A stretch of DNA of 64,000 nucleotides, taken from contig JALSHZ010000031.1 in the NCBI GenBank assembly GCA_026981985.1, forward strand, positions 8,911 to 72,910, read 5' to 3'. Positions 40,230 to 50,159 of the stretch are shown piece by piece. A model generated the notes under the pieces. That model was given only the letters and a program-made list of their open reading frames with translations, made no database searches and was not told the origin of the DNA. The stretch comes from Gammaproteobacteria bacterium. GTDB lineage: Bacteria; Pseudomonadota; Gammaproteobacteria; UWMA-0217. The position numbers and the translations under genes are program-made. Positions within the stretch are counted from its first letter, which is position 1. Every line of letters starts with the position of its first letter.

Positions 40230-42497
40230 ATGAAAACCCCGTCTTATGTTCGTCAACAGAGAAGTGGCAGGGAATGCGCGCTCACCATCCCTAGGGAACT
40301 AAATTTCGACAGGAAGCTGCTCGTCACAGCCCTGCTGGTGGCGGGGCTCGCCGCAGGCATGTCGATATCGACAGTCGCCAATGCCGCAGGAACCAATGTC
40401 TTCGTACAGAACAGTCCCAATTTTGACACGGACGGTGATGGCTTGACCGACGACATCGATACCGACGATGACAATGACGGCATCCCCGACATTGCCGAAT
40501 ATGACACCTTTGTCGACACTGATTGTGACGGCATCTACGACTCGGTAGATGCCGCCAACGGGGATTGTACTGGCACCGATATCAAGGGCAGTGGTGACAG
40601 CGACGGTGATGGCATCTCTGATGCCATCGAGTGCCCGCTGGCGCCTAACTGCCGTGATAGTGATCGAGATGGTATCCCTGACTATATGGATCCCGACGAT
40701 GACAATGATGGCGTCCCGACGTCAGAGGAGGGCGATGTCGATACCGATAATGACGGTGTTCCAGATCGCCTCGAGCCCAACAATGTCGATCTGGATGGGG
40801 ATGGCCTGTGCAATTGCGAGGATGCCGACGATGACGGGGACAATATTCCCACGGCAACCGAGCTGGGAAATCCTGATGCCCCGCTCGATACCGACAATGA
40901 TGGTATCCCTGACTATCTCGATGCCAGCAACGGGGATGGCAGTGGCCAGGATATCGCAGGCTCTGGTGACTCCGACGGTGATGGTCTATCGGATGGCTAT
41001 GAATGTCCGCTGGATTCGGGGCCATGTCGTGATACCGATGGTGATGGTATCCCTGACTACATGGATGCCGATGATGATGGTGATGGCATCCTGGCGATTG
41101 ATGAAGACCTGAATGGTGATGGCGATCCAAGCAATGATGATACCGACGGCGATGGTATCCCTGACTGTTTGGAAAGTAATATTGCCGATGCCGACGGGGA
41201 TGGCATACCCGACAATGAAGATGCCGATGACTCTGAAACTGGCGGCGGAACTGGCGGCGGAACTGGCGGTGGAACTGGCGGTGGAACTGGCGGTGGAACT
41301 GGCGGTGGAACTGGCGGTGGAACTGGCGGTGGAACTGGCGGTGATACGGACACCAAGTACGGGGACATCATTTCTGGAACTGGCGCATTGAGCCCTGCTT
41401 TGTGGTTGCTCCCCTTGTTGTTGAGGGGCATACGCCGCTTGCGGGGAAAGTCTGCCACGTCCGCCGCCGTCATTGGCGCCGGGCTGCTGGCATTGAATAT
41501 CGCGGTACCAACCCCAGTGCTCGCCGAGGGTAATCAGTGGTACATCGGTGTCGGTGCGGGTGCTTCCAATCTTGAACCCGATACCCGCAGAACACCCGTC
41601 AAGGTGACGGATGAAACTGATTATGGCTACAAGATCTTTGCCGGTCGTGAGCTGTCTGACCATGTCTCGGTGGAAGGCTTCTGGGCGGATCTGGGGGAAG
41701 CAGGCATCGGGCCCGGAAACGTTGGCCAGGTCGACTACAACATGTATGGCGCATCGCTGCAGGTGTCGTTGCCGGAAAACAACCCGGGTTTTTCAACCTT
41801 CATCAAGGGTGGTGTCGTCGGCCTGCATGCCACCTCCAACCTGCCGCATCACACTGATGAAAAGTTCCAGGTCTATGGTGGTGCTGGTGCGGAATACCAG
41901 ATGGAGAATGGTTTTACCGTGCGCGGTGAATACGAGTACTACACCAAGGACGCGCAGCTACTGTCGTTCAGCTTGATCAAGCGCTTTGGTGGCGATTATG
42001 AGGAGCTGGTGGATGAAAGTGCGCCAGTGATACGGCAGCCACTCGATACCGCCTCCCCTATCAGTGACCGGGATCATGACGGCGTTGCCGACATCAAGGA
42101 CCGCTGCCCGGCAACGCCTGATGGTGCGCCAGTCAACGAGAAGGGGTGCCCCGCTTTTGTTGGTGTCATGAATGGCATCCATTTCGCCACCAACTCGGCA
42201 CGCCTGAAGCCTGAAGCGCGGGATGTGCTCGACAAGGTCGCAAAGGCTATCAAGGCATATCCCGGCAAGAAATTCGTCATCGTCGGGCACACGGACAATG
42301 TTGGCAGCCCTGCGGCCAACAAGAAATTGTCGATCGCACGAGCCCGTACCGTGGCGAAATATCTGGTGCTTCGGGGCGTGCCCGCCAGCCAGCTTCGATA
42401 TGGGGGCTACGGTTCGAGCAAACCGGTCGCCACCAACTCGACACCTGAAGGCCGCGCCAAGAATCGTCGGGTCGAGATCCTGATGCTGAAGCAGTAG
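40230..42497 (+). CDS. OmpA-family outer-membrane protein with thrombospondin type-3 (TSP3) calcium-binding repeats
   Basis: Signal peptide. About 15 DxDxDGxxDxxD repeats. GGGT x9 linker. Beta-barrel region ([10 protein letters not shown]...). C-terminal OmpA domain (HTDNVGS...NRRVEI). Confidence 0.85.
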   Translation: MKTPSYVRQQRSGRECALTIPRELNFDRKLLVTALLVAGLAAGMSISTVANAAGTNVFVQNSPNFDTDGDGLTDDIDTDDDNDGIPDIAEYDTFVDTDCDGIYDSVDAANGDCTGTDIKGSGDSDGDGISDAIECPLAPNCRDSDRDGIPDYMDPDDDNDGVPTSEEGDVDTDNDGVPDRLEPNNVDLDGDGLCNCEDADDDGDNIPTATELGNPDAPLDTDNDGIPDYLDASNGDGSGQDIAGSGDSDGDGLSDGYECPLDSGPCRDTDGDGIPDYMDADDDGDGILAIDEDLNGDGDPSNDDTDGDGIPDCLESNIADADGDGIPDNEDADDSETGGGTGGGTGGGTGGGTGGGTGGGTGGGTGGGTGGDTDTKYGDIISGTGALSPALWLLPLLLRGIRRLRGKSATSAAVIGAGLLALNIAVPTPVLAEGNQWYIGVGAGASNLEPDTRRTPVKVTDETDYGYKIFAGRELSDHVSVEGFWADLGEAGIGPGNVGQVDYNMYGASLQVSLPENNPGFSTFIKGGVVGLHATSNLPHHTDEKFQVYGGAGAEYQMENGFTVRGEYEYYTKDAQLLSFSLIKRFGGDYEELVDESAPVIRQPLDTASPISDRDHDGVADIKDRCPATPDGAPVNEKGCPAFVGVMNGIHFATNSARLKPEARDVLDKVAKAIKAYPGKKFVIVGHTDNVGSPAANKKLSIARARTVAKYLVLRGVPASQLRYGGYGSSKPVATNSTPEGRAKNRRVEILMLKQ
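41238..41345 (+). repeat. 12-bp tandem repeat (actggcggYgga) x9 inside the TSP3-OmpA gene
   Basis: Encodes (GGGT)9. Nearly perfect units. Confidence 0.9.
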
Positions 42498-42567
42498 GTG
42501 ATTGCAAGATCGGGAGACCGCTGGTCACGGCCTCCCGTTTAACCTCTGAAAATGACCGATGAATATT

Positions 42568-42600
42568 GACCGGCAAGCAACCCTTGCCGGTCTTTTTTAT
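42568..42600 (+). terminator. Rho-independent terminator after the TSP3-OmpA gene
   Basis: gaccggcaagcaacccttgccggtc followed by tttttta. Confidence 0.75.
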
Positions 42601-42675
42601 TTGTAACTCAGCGCTATAACGCCAGGGGCAGGTATACTCCCTGCTGAATTTCCAGTCAGGGGGCCGAGTTGTCCG

Positions 42676-44448
42676 ATGTGTGGTATTTGCGGTGAGTTTC
42701 GTTTCGATGCGCAGTTTGCGAATCTGGATCTGGTCCGGCGGATGACCGAGCGGTTGCGTCCGCGCGGCCCCGACGATGAGGGATTGTTTGCTGATGGGGC
42801 GGTGGCATTTGGTCATCGGCGGCTTGCAATCATCGATCTCAGCCCACGTTCGCACCAGCCCTTCGTTGATCTCGAAACCGGGTTGACGATTGTCTTTAAT
42901 GGCACGATTTACAACTATCCCGAGCTACGTGCAAAATTGATCGCCCGTGGTCATCGTTTTACCTCCAGCGGTGACACCGAGGTGATCCTGAAGGCTTATG
43001 CCGAGTGGGGCAGCGATTGCGTCGCCCGGCTCCATGGGATGTTTGCGTTTGCCATCTGGAATGCACGTGAGCAGTCATTGTTTCTGGCCCGTGATCGCCT
43101 TGGCATCAAACCGCTCTATTTCGCGCATGATAGCGATACTTTCCGCTTCGCTTCGAACACCCAGGCATTGCTCGAAGCCGATGATATCGATACCTCGATC
43201 GATTCTGTGGCGCTGCACAACCTGTTCATGCTACATGCAGTCGTACCCGCGCCGCGCACCATTCTGAAGGGTATTCGCAAGCTGGCGCCAGGCCACTGCA
43301 TGATGGTCAACCGGATTGGCGATGTGCGGGAATGGCCGTACTGGACGCTGAAAGCGCGTCGCCCGGAGGCGCACTACGATGAGATCGAATGGCGCGACAT
43401 GATCCACGAAGCACTGAAAAAGTCGGTGGATCGCCGTTTGAAGATTGCCGATGTACCAGTGGGCGTACTGCTTTCGGGGGGGCTGGATTCCAGTCTGCTG
43501 GTGGCGCTGCTGGCGGAGCAGGGTGCCAAGAACCTGAAAACGTTCACGATCGGGTTTGAGGATCAGCCCGAAGAGAAAGGCAGCGAGTTCGAATTCTCCG
43601 ATCCGGTGGCGGCAATGTACGACACCGAGCATCACAAGTTTCACGTACCCAATGCGGATGTGCTCAAACGACTGCCCGAAGCCGTCAGGGCCATGTCGGA
43701 ACCAATGTTCGCGCAGGATGCAGTGGCTTTCTACCTGCTCTCTGAGCAGGTCTCACAGCAGATCAAGGTCGTGCAGTCAGGGCAGGGCGCAGATGAGGTA
43801 TTCGCCGGCTACTTCTGGTATCCGCAGATGAACGACGCCGAGGGATCGCCAATCGAGCGTTTTCGTCCGTACTATTTCGACCGCAGCCATGATGAATATC
43901 TGGAGATGGTCGACGCAAGATATGCGGGCAAGGATTACACTTCCGCGCTCATCGAGGAGAAACTCGACAGCATCGAGGCCGACAGCTTCATCGACCGGGT
44001 ACTGGCGCTGGATGTGACGACGCTGATCGTCGACGATCCGGTCAAGCGTGTAGACAATATGACGATGGCCTGGGGGCTGGAAGCACGGGTGCCGTTTCTC
44101 GATCACGAACTGGTCGAATTGGCGGCCAGTATGCCGCCCGAATACAAGCTGGCCGAGGGCGGCAAGGGCGTGCTCAAGGCCATCTCGCGCGAACTGCTGC
44201 CAGCCAAGGTCATCGACCGGCCCAAAGGATACTTTCCGATGCCGGCGCTGAAATACGTGCGCGGCGAGTTCCTGGAATTCATGCGTGATGTGCTGAATTC
44301 GCAGCAGGCACGTGAACGTGGCTTGTACCAGCGCAGCTACGTCGAAAAACTGCTGGCCGAGCCGGACAAACACCACACCGCCATCAAGGGCAACAAGCTA
44401 TGGCACCTGGCGGCGCTGGAGTTCTGGTTGCAGCAGCAGGGGTTGTAA
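42676..44448 (+). CDS. asnB: Asparagine synthetase (glutamine-hydrolysing), AsnB family
   Basis: N-terminal MCGI(C)GEF nucleophile. SGGLDSS PP-loop. 590 aa. Confidence 0.85.
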   Translation: MCGICGEFRFDAQFANLDLVRRMTERLRPRGPDDEGLFADGAVAFGHRRLAIIDLSPRSHQPFVDLETGLTIVFNGTIYNYPELRAKLIARGHRFTSSGDTEVILKAYAEWGSDCVARLHGMFAFAIWNAREQSLFLARDRLGIKPLYFAHDSDTFRFASNTQALLEADDIDTSIDSVALHNLFMLHAVVPAPRTILKGIRKLAPGHCMMVNRIGDVREWPYWTLKARRPEAHYDEIEWRDMIHEALKKSVDRRLKIADVPVGVLLSGGLDSSLLVALLAEQGAKNLKTFTIGFEDQPEEKGSEFEFSDPVAAMYDTEHHKFHVPNADVLKRLPEAVRAMSEPMFAQDAVAFYLLSEQVSQQIKVVQSGQGADEVFAGYFWYPQMNDAEGSPIERFRPYYFDRSHDEYLEMVDARYAGKDYTSALIEEKLDSIEADSFIDRVLALDVTTLIVDDPVKRVDNMTMAWGLEARVPFLDHELVELAASMPPEYKLAEGGKGVLKAISRELLPAKVIDRPKGYFPMPALKYVRGEFLEFMRDVLNSQQARERGLYQRSYVEKLLAEPDKHHTAIKGNKLWHLAALEFWLQQQGL

Positions 44449-44603
44449 CACCGCGCAAATGCTTCAATGACAAACGGGTAATGGAATTTTCATCCAAAGC
44501 CCTTACACTGCACGCTAACCAGAGAGCAAATCTCTCTGATCAGATTGGTCGGGCCGGTCGCAAATGCCGGTCTCAAACAGAATTTATCAAGAGGTATTGA
44601 TTG

Positions 44604-44936
44604 ATGGACGTATTGGATCGAATCAAAGAGCAGGTCGAGTCAAACCCGGTCATTATTTATATGAAGGGTACGCCGCAGATGCCGCAGTGTGGCTTCTCCA
44701 GCCGCGCGGCGGAGGCGATGAAGAAGGCGGGTGTCGAGTTTGCCTATGTGAATGTGCTGGCCGATCCCGAGATTTTCGAGAACCTGCCACGCTTCGCTGA
44801 CTGGCCAACGTTCCCGCAGGTGTACATCAATGGTGAGCTGGTAGGTGGCTGCGATATCACGCTGGAGCTGGCCGAGCGCGGTGAGTTGCAGAAGATGATG
44901 CAGGAAGCGGCAGCGAAGAAGGAAGAGACTTCCTGA
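44604..44936 (+). CDS. grxD: Monothiol glutaredoxin Grx4/GrxD
   Basis: CGFS active site (MPQCGFSSRA). GAGG RBS. The track ORF starts at an alternative codon at 44601. Confidence 0.9.
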   Translation: MDVLDRIKEQVESNPVIIYMKGTPQMPQCGFSSRAAEAMKKAGVEFAYVNVLADPEIFENLPRFADWPTFPQVYINGELVGGCDITLELAERGELQKMMQEAAAKKEETS

Positions 44937-44946
44937 AGTGCGCTCG

Positions 44947-44985
44947 CCGGTAGCATCACGTCCGTGATGCTACCGGCATCGTTTT
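44947..44985. terminator. Bidirectional hairpin terminator between convergent grxD and rnt
   Basis: ccggtagcatcacg/tccgtgatgctaccgg followed by cgtttt. Confidence 0.6.
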
Positions 44986-44996
44986 AGATCGGCGCG

Positions 44997-45659
44997 TCAC
45001 ATGCCTTTGAGCATCTGCCAGTGATTGACGATGTCGCAAAAGAGATCGGCGGTCTTTTCTGCGTCGTAGATGGCGGAATGCGCTTCACTTGAATCCCACC
45101 CCAGCCCGGCGGCTTCCACGGCCCGTGACAGCACGGTCTGGCCGTAGGCCATGCCTGCCAGTGATACCGTGTCGAAGGTGCTGAACAGGTGGAAGGGGTT
45201 GCGCTTGATGCTGGTGCGCTCAACAGCAGCGTTGAGGAAGTTCAGATCGAAGGCGGCATTGTGCCCGACCAGAATCGCACGGGTGCACTCGTTGGCCTTG
45301 ATCTCTTGGCGCACCACCTTGAAGACGGATTGCAGCGCTTCTTTTTCGTCCACCGCCAGGCGTAACGGGTGGAACGGGTCGATGCCGTTGATCTTCAGCG
45401 ACTCGGGTTCCATGTTCGCATCGGGAAAGGGGTTGATGTGGTGGGCGACGGTGCGGTCACGGCTGAGTAAGCCTTTTTCATCCATGCGCAGGAACACGGC
45501 CGCGACTTGCAGCAATGCGTCGGTCTGGTGATTGAAGCCACCGGTTTCTACGTCGATGACGACGGGCAGAAAGCTGCGAAAGCGCTTTCCCATGGGGAAA
45601 AAATCGTGAGTCTGTTGCATCGGCGGAGAATACATGGAATGCGATTCTGATGAAATCAT
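44997..45659 (-). CDS. rnt: Ribonuclease T
   Basis: [42 protein letters not shown] match E. coli RNase T. Start trimmed to MISSESH... (about 220 aa). The track ORF runs to 45803. Confidence 0.85.
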   Translation of the reverse strand: MISSESHSMYSPPMQQTHDFFPMGKRFRSFLPVVIDVETGGFNHQTDALLQVAAVFLRMDEKGLLSRDRTVAHHINPFPDANMEPESLKINGIDPFHPLRLAVDEKEALQSVFKVVRQEIKANECTRAILVGHNAAFDLNFLNAAVERTSIKRNPFHLFSTFDTVSLAGMAYGQTVLSRAVEAAGLGWDSSEAHSAIYDAEKTADLFCDIVNHWQMLKGM

Positions 45660-45875
45660 TTCCCTGCTTCTATTGACCCTTTGTTGCTGCCATGGCGGGA
45701 TGCTGTCTCTGATGTAGCCGCGCTTTTCGGCTCCATGAGCATTGGGTTTTCTGATAGTATCTATTGCCTTTCGTTTTCGGCCCACAGAATGGCCGGTCGA
45801 CAATACGATACGAGTGCTTTCGTCGTCGCTATCCGTGCGAGGTCTCCAACACCCCCGGTACGACGAAATCTACGA

Positions 45876-46027
45876 GTGACTATTCAGTAGGCAGAAAAAT
45901 AGAACCGTAACTGCTCAGATTGCCGCTGAAACGCGTCAGATCAAGGCGGGGAATGTGAGTTTACATGTGTAAATGACCATTTCCCAACGCAGAGATGACG
46001 CGTTTCAGTGGTGAGCTGGGCAGTTAC
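45876..46027 (+). mobile_element. MITE family 1, short form (152 bp, slightly diverged TIR gtgactattcag)
   Basis: Same internal sequence as 8415-8566. No clean TSD. Confidence 0.75.
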
Positions 46028-46153
46028 CGATTTGATATGTGATCCGGACCGTTACCCAACGGCACTCCGGATCAGGGCGTTGGCTGTTCCCGCGACGGTG
46101 ATCCCGGCTGGGGCTGGCAGCGCAATCGCTATCTGTAAAGAGAGAATTCCACT

Positions 46154-48817
46154 ATGAACGCAGTGATGCAACCGCAAGACATTGATTCCCAGGAAACCCA
46201 GGAATGGCTGGAGGCCATGGCGGCCGTTATCGAGAAGGAGGGTATCGAGCGCGCCCATTTCCTGCTGGAGCAGTTGATCGAGGAGGCCCGCCATGCCGGC
46301 GCCAACCTCCCGTATTCGGCGAATACAGCCTATGTCAATACGATTCCCGCGCATCTGGAGAAGCACAACCCCGGTGATCAGTCGATCGAATCGCGGATTC
46401 GCTCCTATATCCGCTGGAATGCTGCGGCAATGGTGGTGCGCGCCAATCGCAAAAGCAGTGAGCTGGGTGGGCATCTGGCTTCGTTTGCATCGGCTGCGAC
46501 ACTCTACGATGTTGGTTTCAATCACTTTTGGCGTGCGCCGAGCCCGGAGCACGGTGGTGACATGGTCTACTTTCAGGGCCACTCCGCGCCGGGCATGTAT
46601 GCGCGCGCGTTCATGGAAGGGCGGCTGACCGAGGAAGACCTGGAGCGCTTTCGTCAGGAAGTCGATGGCGACGGCTTGTCGTCCTACCCCCATCCCTGGC
46701 TGATGCCGGATTTCTGGCAGTTCCCCACCGTTTCAATGGGGCTCGGGCCGATCATGTCGATCTATCAGGCCCGCTTCATGAAATACATGCAGCACCGCGG
46801 GTTGGCTCATGCCGGTGATCGCAAGGTGTGGGCTTTTCTCGGTGATGGCGAGACGGACGAGCCGGAGACGCTGGGCGCGATTTCGCTGGGTGCGCGCGAA
46901 AAGCTCGATAATCTGATCTGGGTCATCAACTGCAATCTGCAGCGTCTGGATGGCCCGGTGCGTGGCAACGGCAAGATCATCCAGGAGCTGGAGGCGGTAT
47001 TCCGTGGTGTGGGCTGGAATGTCATCAAAGTGGTCTGGGGCAGCTATTGGGACAAGCTGCTGGCGCGTGACCACGATGGTCTGCTGCGTCAGCGCATGAT
47101 GGAAGCGGTCGATGGTGACTACCAGAACTACAAGTCGAAAGATGGCGCCTATGTGCGCGAACACTTCTTTGGCAAGTATCCGGAGCTGAAGGCCATGGTG
47201 GCGAAGATGACCGATGAGGATATCTGGCGCCTCAATCGTGGCGGTCACGATCCGCACAAGGTTTTTGCGGCCTACAGCGAGGCGGTGCATCACGAGGGGC
47301 GGCCAACGGTCATCCTGGCCAAGACGGTCAAGGGTTATGGCATGGGCGTGACGGTGCAGGGCAAGATGGGCTCGCACCAGCAGAAGAAGCTCGATGGTGA
47401 GGCCATGATCGAGTTCAAGAACCGCTTCAATATCCCGCTGTCCGATGAGGAGGCTGCCGAAGCCAAGTATTTCCGTCCGGATGAGGACAGCGACGAGATC
47501 CGCTACCTGCGTGAGCGCCGCAAGGCGCTGGGGGGCTATCTGCCGTCGCGCCGTACCCTCGCTGCGCCGCTGGAGGTGCCGCCGTTGTCGGCCTTCGAAC
47601 CTTTGCTGAAAGACACCGGCGACCGCGAAATGTCGACGACGATGGCCTTCGTGCGCATGATCACGCTGCTGACCCGCGACAAGAAGATCGGCAAGAATAT
47701 CGTGCCGATCGTGCCGGACGAAGCGCGCACCTTCGGCATGGAAGGCATGTTCCGCCAGCTCGGCATCTACTCCTCGGTAGGTCAGCTCTATACGCCGGAG
47801 GATCAGGAGCAGGTCATGTTCTACAAGGAGGACAAGTCGGGCCAGATTCTCGAAGAAGGCATCAATGAAGCGGGCGCGATGTGCTCGTGGATCGCCGCCG
47901 GTACCGCCTACGCCAACTACGGCGTCAACATGATTCCGTTCTACATCTACTACTCGATGTTCGGTTTCCAGCGGGTGGGTGATCTGGCCTGGGCTGCCGG
48001 CGACCAGCGTACCCGCGGCTTCCTGTTCGGCGGTACCGCTGGGCGCACGACATTGGCGGGCGAGGGCTTGCAGCATCAGGATGGGCATAGCCATGTGCTG
48101 GCCAATACCATTCCCAACTGCATCAGCTACGACCCGACCTTTGCCTATGAGCTGGCAGTGATCGTGCAGGACGGCATGCGGCGCATGTACAAGGAGCAAG
48201 AGAGCGTTTTCTACTACATTTCGGTGATGAACGAGAACTACCGTCACCCCGCGCTGCCAAAAGGCGCTGAGGAAGGGATCGTCAAGGGCATCTACCTGTT
48301 CCAGAAAGGCGGACGCAAGAAGAAACGCGTGCAACTGATGGGGTCGGGCACGATCTTTCGCGAAGTGATCGCCGCTGCCGTGCTGCTGGCCGAGGATTGG
48401 GGCATCGACGCGGATCTATGGAGCGTCACCAGCTTCAATGAGCTGACCCGTGAAGCACAGGACTGCGAGCGCTGGAACATGCTCCACCCCGAAGCAACAC
48501 CCCGCAAGCCTTATGTTGCGCAGGTGCTGGAGGCTCATCAGGGGCCATTCGTTGCGGCGACCGACTACATGAAGGTCTACGCCGACCAGATCCGCGCCTG
48601 GGTGCCGGGCAGTTATCGTGTACTGGGCACCGATGGCTATGGCCGCTCGGATACCCGCGCGCAGCTGCGTAAGCACTTCGAGGTCAATCGCTTCTATATC
48701 ACCGTAGCGGCGCTGAAGACGCTGGCCGATGAGGGAACGATTCCGGCCAGTGATGTTGCCAAGGCGCTGAAGAAGTACGACATCGACAGCGACAAAACCA
48801 ACCCGCTCTACGCGTAA
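46154..48817 (+). CDS. aceE: Pyruvate dehydrogenase E1 component
   Basis: 887 aa. Homodimeric E1 signature regions. Confidence 0.95.
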   Translation: MNAVMQPQDIDSQETQEWLEAMAAVIEKEGIERAHFLLEQLIEEARHAGANLPYSANTAYVNTIPAHLEKHNPGDQSIESRIRSYIRWNAAAMVVRANRKSSELGGHLASFASAATLYDVGFNHFWRAPSPEHGGDMVYFQGHSAPGMYARAFMEGRLTEEDLERFRQEVDGDGLSSYPHPWLMPDFWQFPTVSMGLGPIMSIYQARFMKYMQHRGLAHAGDRKVWAFLGDGETDEPETLGAISLGAREKLDNLIWVINCNLQRLDGPVRGNGKIIQELEAVFRGVGWNVIKVVWGSYWDKLLARDHDGLLRQRMMEAVDGDYQNYKSKDGAYVREHFFGKYPELKAMVAKMTDEDIWRLNRGGHDPHKVFAAYSEAVHHEGRPTVILAKTVKGYGMGVTVQGKMGSHQQKKLDGEAMIEFKNRFNIPLSDEEAAEAKYFRPDEDSDEIRYLRERRKALGGYLPSRRTLAAPLEVPPLSAFEPLLKDTGDREMSTTMAFVRMITLLTRDKKIGKNIVPIVPDEARTFGMEGMFRQLGIYSSVGQLYTPEDQEQVMFYKEDKSGQILEEGINEAGAMCSWIAAGTAYANYGVNMIPFYIYYSMFGFQRVGDLAWAAGDQRTRGFLFGGTAGRTTLAGEGLQHQDGHSHVLANTIPNCISYDPTFAYELAVIVQDGMRRMYKEQESVFYYISVMNENYRHPALPKGAEEGIVKGIYLFQKGGRKKKRVQLMGSGTIFREVIAAAVLLAEDWGIDADLWSVTSFNELTREAQDCERWNMLHPEATPRKPYVAQVLEAHQGPFVAATDYMKVYADQIRAWVPGSYRVLGTDGYGRSDTRAQLRKHFEVNRFYITVAALKTLADEGTIPASDVAKALKKYDIDSDKTNPLYA

Positions 48818-48838
48818 TCATCGGCAGGGATACGAGTT

Positions 48839-50149
48839 ATGACAATCAAAGAAATCACGGTGCCGGATATCGGCAATTTCGATGAGGTCGAAATCATCGA
48901 GGTGCTGGTCAGCCCCGGCGATACGATATCTGCGGAAGACTCTCTGATCACGCTGGAGAGCGACAAAGCATCGATGGAGATTCCTTCCAGCGATAGCGGT
49001 GTTGTCAAAGAGGTGCTGGTCAACGTCGGTGACACGATCACTTCGGGTGGCGTCATCCTCAAACTGGAGGTCGGCGGTTCGGCAGCAGCAGCGCCAGCCG
49101 AAGTCGAGCCGGCCGCTGTCGAAGCGAAAAAGGCTGAACCTGAGCCGACTGCGCCGGTCGAGGCCGCAACGCCGGCGGCAGCGCCGCCCCAGCCACAACC
49201 ACGCACCGAGGGACATCGCCCTTCGCCGACACGTCAACTCAGCGATATCAGCTTCAATAACGTCTATGCCAGCCCTGCAGTGCGCAAGTTTGCGCGCGAG
49301 CTGGGTGTCGATCTGAATGAGGTCGAAGGTTCCGGTCGCAAGGGACGCATTCTCAAGGAAGACGTGCAAGGCTACGTCAAGAAGGCGCTGAGCAGTGGCG
49401 TCGGCGGCGGCATGAAAGTCGCGCCCATGCCGGAAGTCGACTTTTCCCAGTGGGGCGAGGTCGAGACCAAGCCGCTGTCGAAGATCAACAAGCTCACGGG
49501 AGAATTCCTGCATCGCAACTGGGTCACTATGCCGCACGTCACCCAGTTCGACGAGGCCGATATCACCGACCTGGAATCTTTTCGCAAATCGATGGCCGAC
49601 GAATACAAGGAGCAGGGCATCAAGATCACCCTGCTGTCGTTTCTGATGAAGGCGGTGGTTTCCGGCTTGAAAGCGATGCCACGCTTCAATGCTTCGCTCG
49701 ATGCCAGTGGTGAGAATCTCATCCTCAAGCATTACTACAACATCGGTATTGCAGTCGATACGCCGGACGGGCTGGTGGTGCCGGTGGTGCGCGACGTCGA
49801 CCGCAAGACGCTGGTGGAGCTGGCGACCGACCTGCGTGATATCAGCATCAAGGCGCGAGACAAGAAACTGACCCCCGCCGATATGCAAGGGGGCTGCATG
49901 ACCATCTCCAGCCTCGGTGGCATTGGCGGCACCCAGTTCACGCCGATCGTCAACGCGCCGGAAGTGGCGATACTGGGCGTATCGCGCGCGAAGATGCAGC
50001 CGGTCTGGAATGGCGAGACGTTCGAGCCGCGCTTGATCTTGCCGCTGTCGCTTTCCTACGATCACCGTGTCATCGACGGTGCCGATGGCGCGAGGTTTAC
50101 CTCGTTCCTGAGCCGGACACTGTCCGATACCCGCCGTTTGTTGCTGTAG
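48839..50149 (+). CDS. aceF: Dihydrolipoamide acetyltransferase (E2), single lipoyl domain
   Basis: One lipoyl domain (ESDKASMEIPS), Ala/Pro linker, peripheral-subunit-binding domain, catalytic DHRVIDGA. Confidence 0.9.
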   Translation: MTIKEITVPDIGNFDEVEIIEVLVSPGDTISAEDSLITLESDKASMEIPSSDSGVVKEVLVNVGDTITSGGVILKLEVGGSAAAAPAEVEPAAVEAKKAEPEPTAPVEAATPAAAPPQPQPRTEGHRPSPTRQLSDISFNNVYASPAVRKFARELGVDLNEVEGSGRKGRILKEDVQGYVKKALSSGVGGGMKVAPMPEVDFSQWGEVETKPLSKINKLTGEFLHRNWVTMPHVTQFDEADITDLESFRKSMADEYKEQGIKITLLSFLMKAVVSGLKAMPRFNASLDASGENLILKHYYNIGIAVDTPDGLVVPVVRDVDRKTLVELATDLRDISIKARDKKLTPADMQGGCMTISSLGGIGGTQFTPIVNAPEVAILGVSRAKMQPVWNGETFEPRLILPLSLSYDHRVIDGADGARFTSFLSRTLSDTRRLLL

Positions 50150-50159
50150 GAGGCTGACG

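Noticed and set aside
40440-41345. CRISPR-like array because of regularly spaced repeats
   Set aside because: The repeats are in-frame coding repeats of a TSP3 Ca-binding protein plus a 12-bp microsatellite. There are no spacers and no cas genes.
46733-48334. 533-aa ORF on the - strand
   Set aside because: Antisense to aceE.
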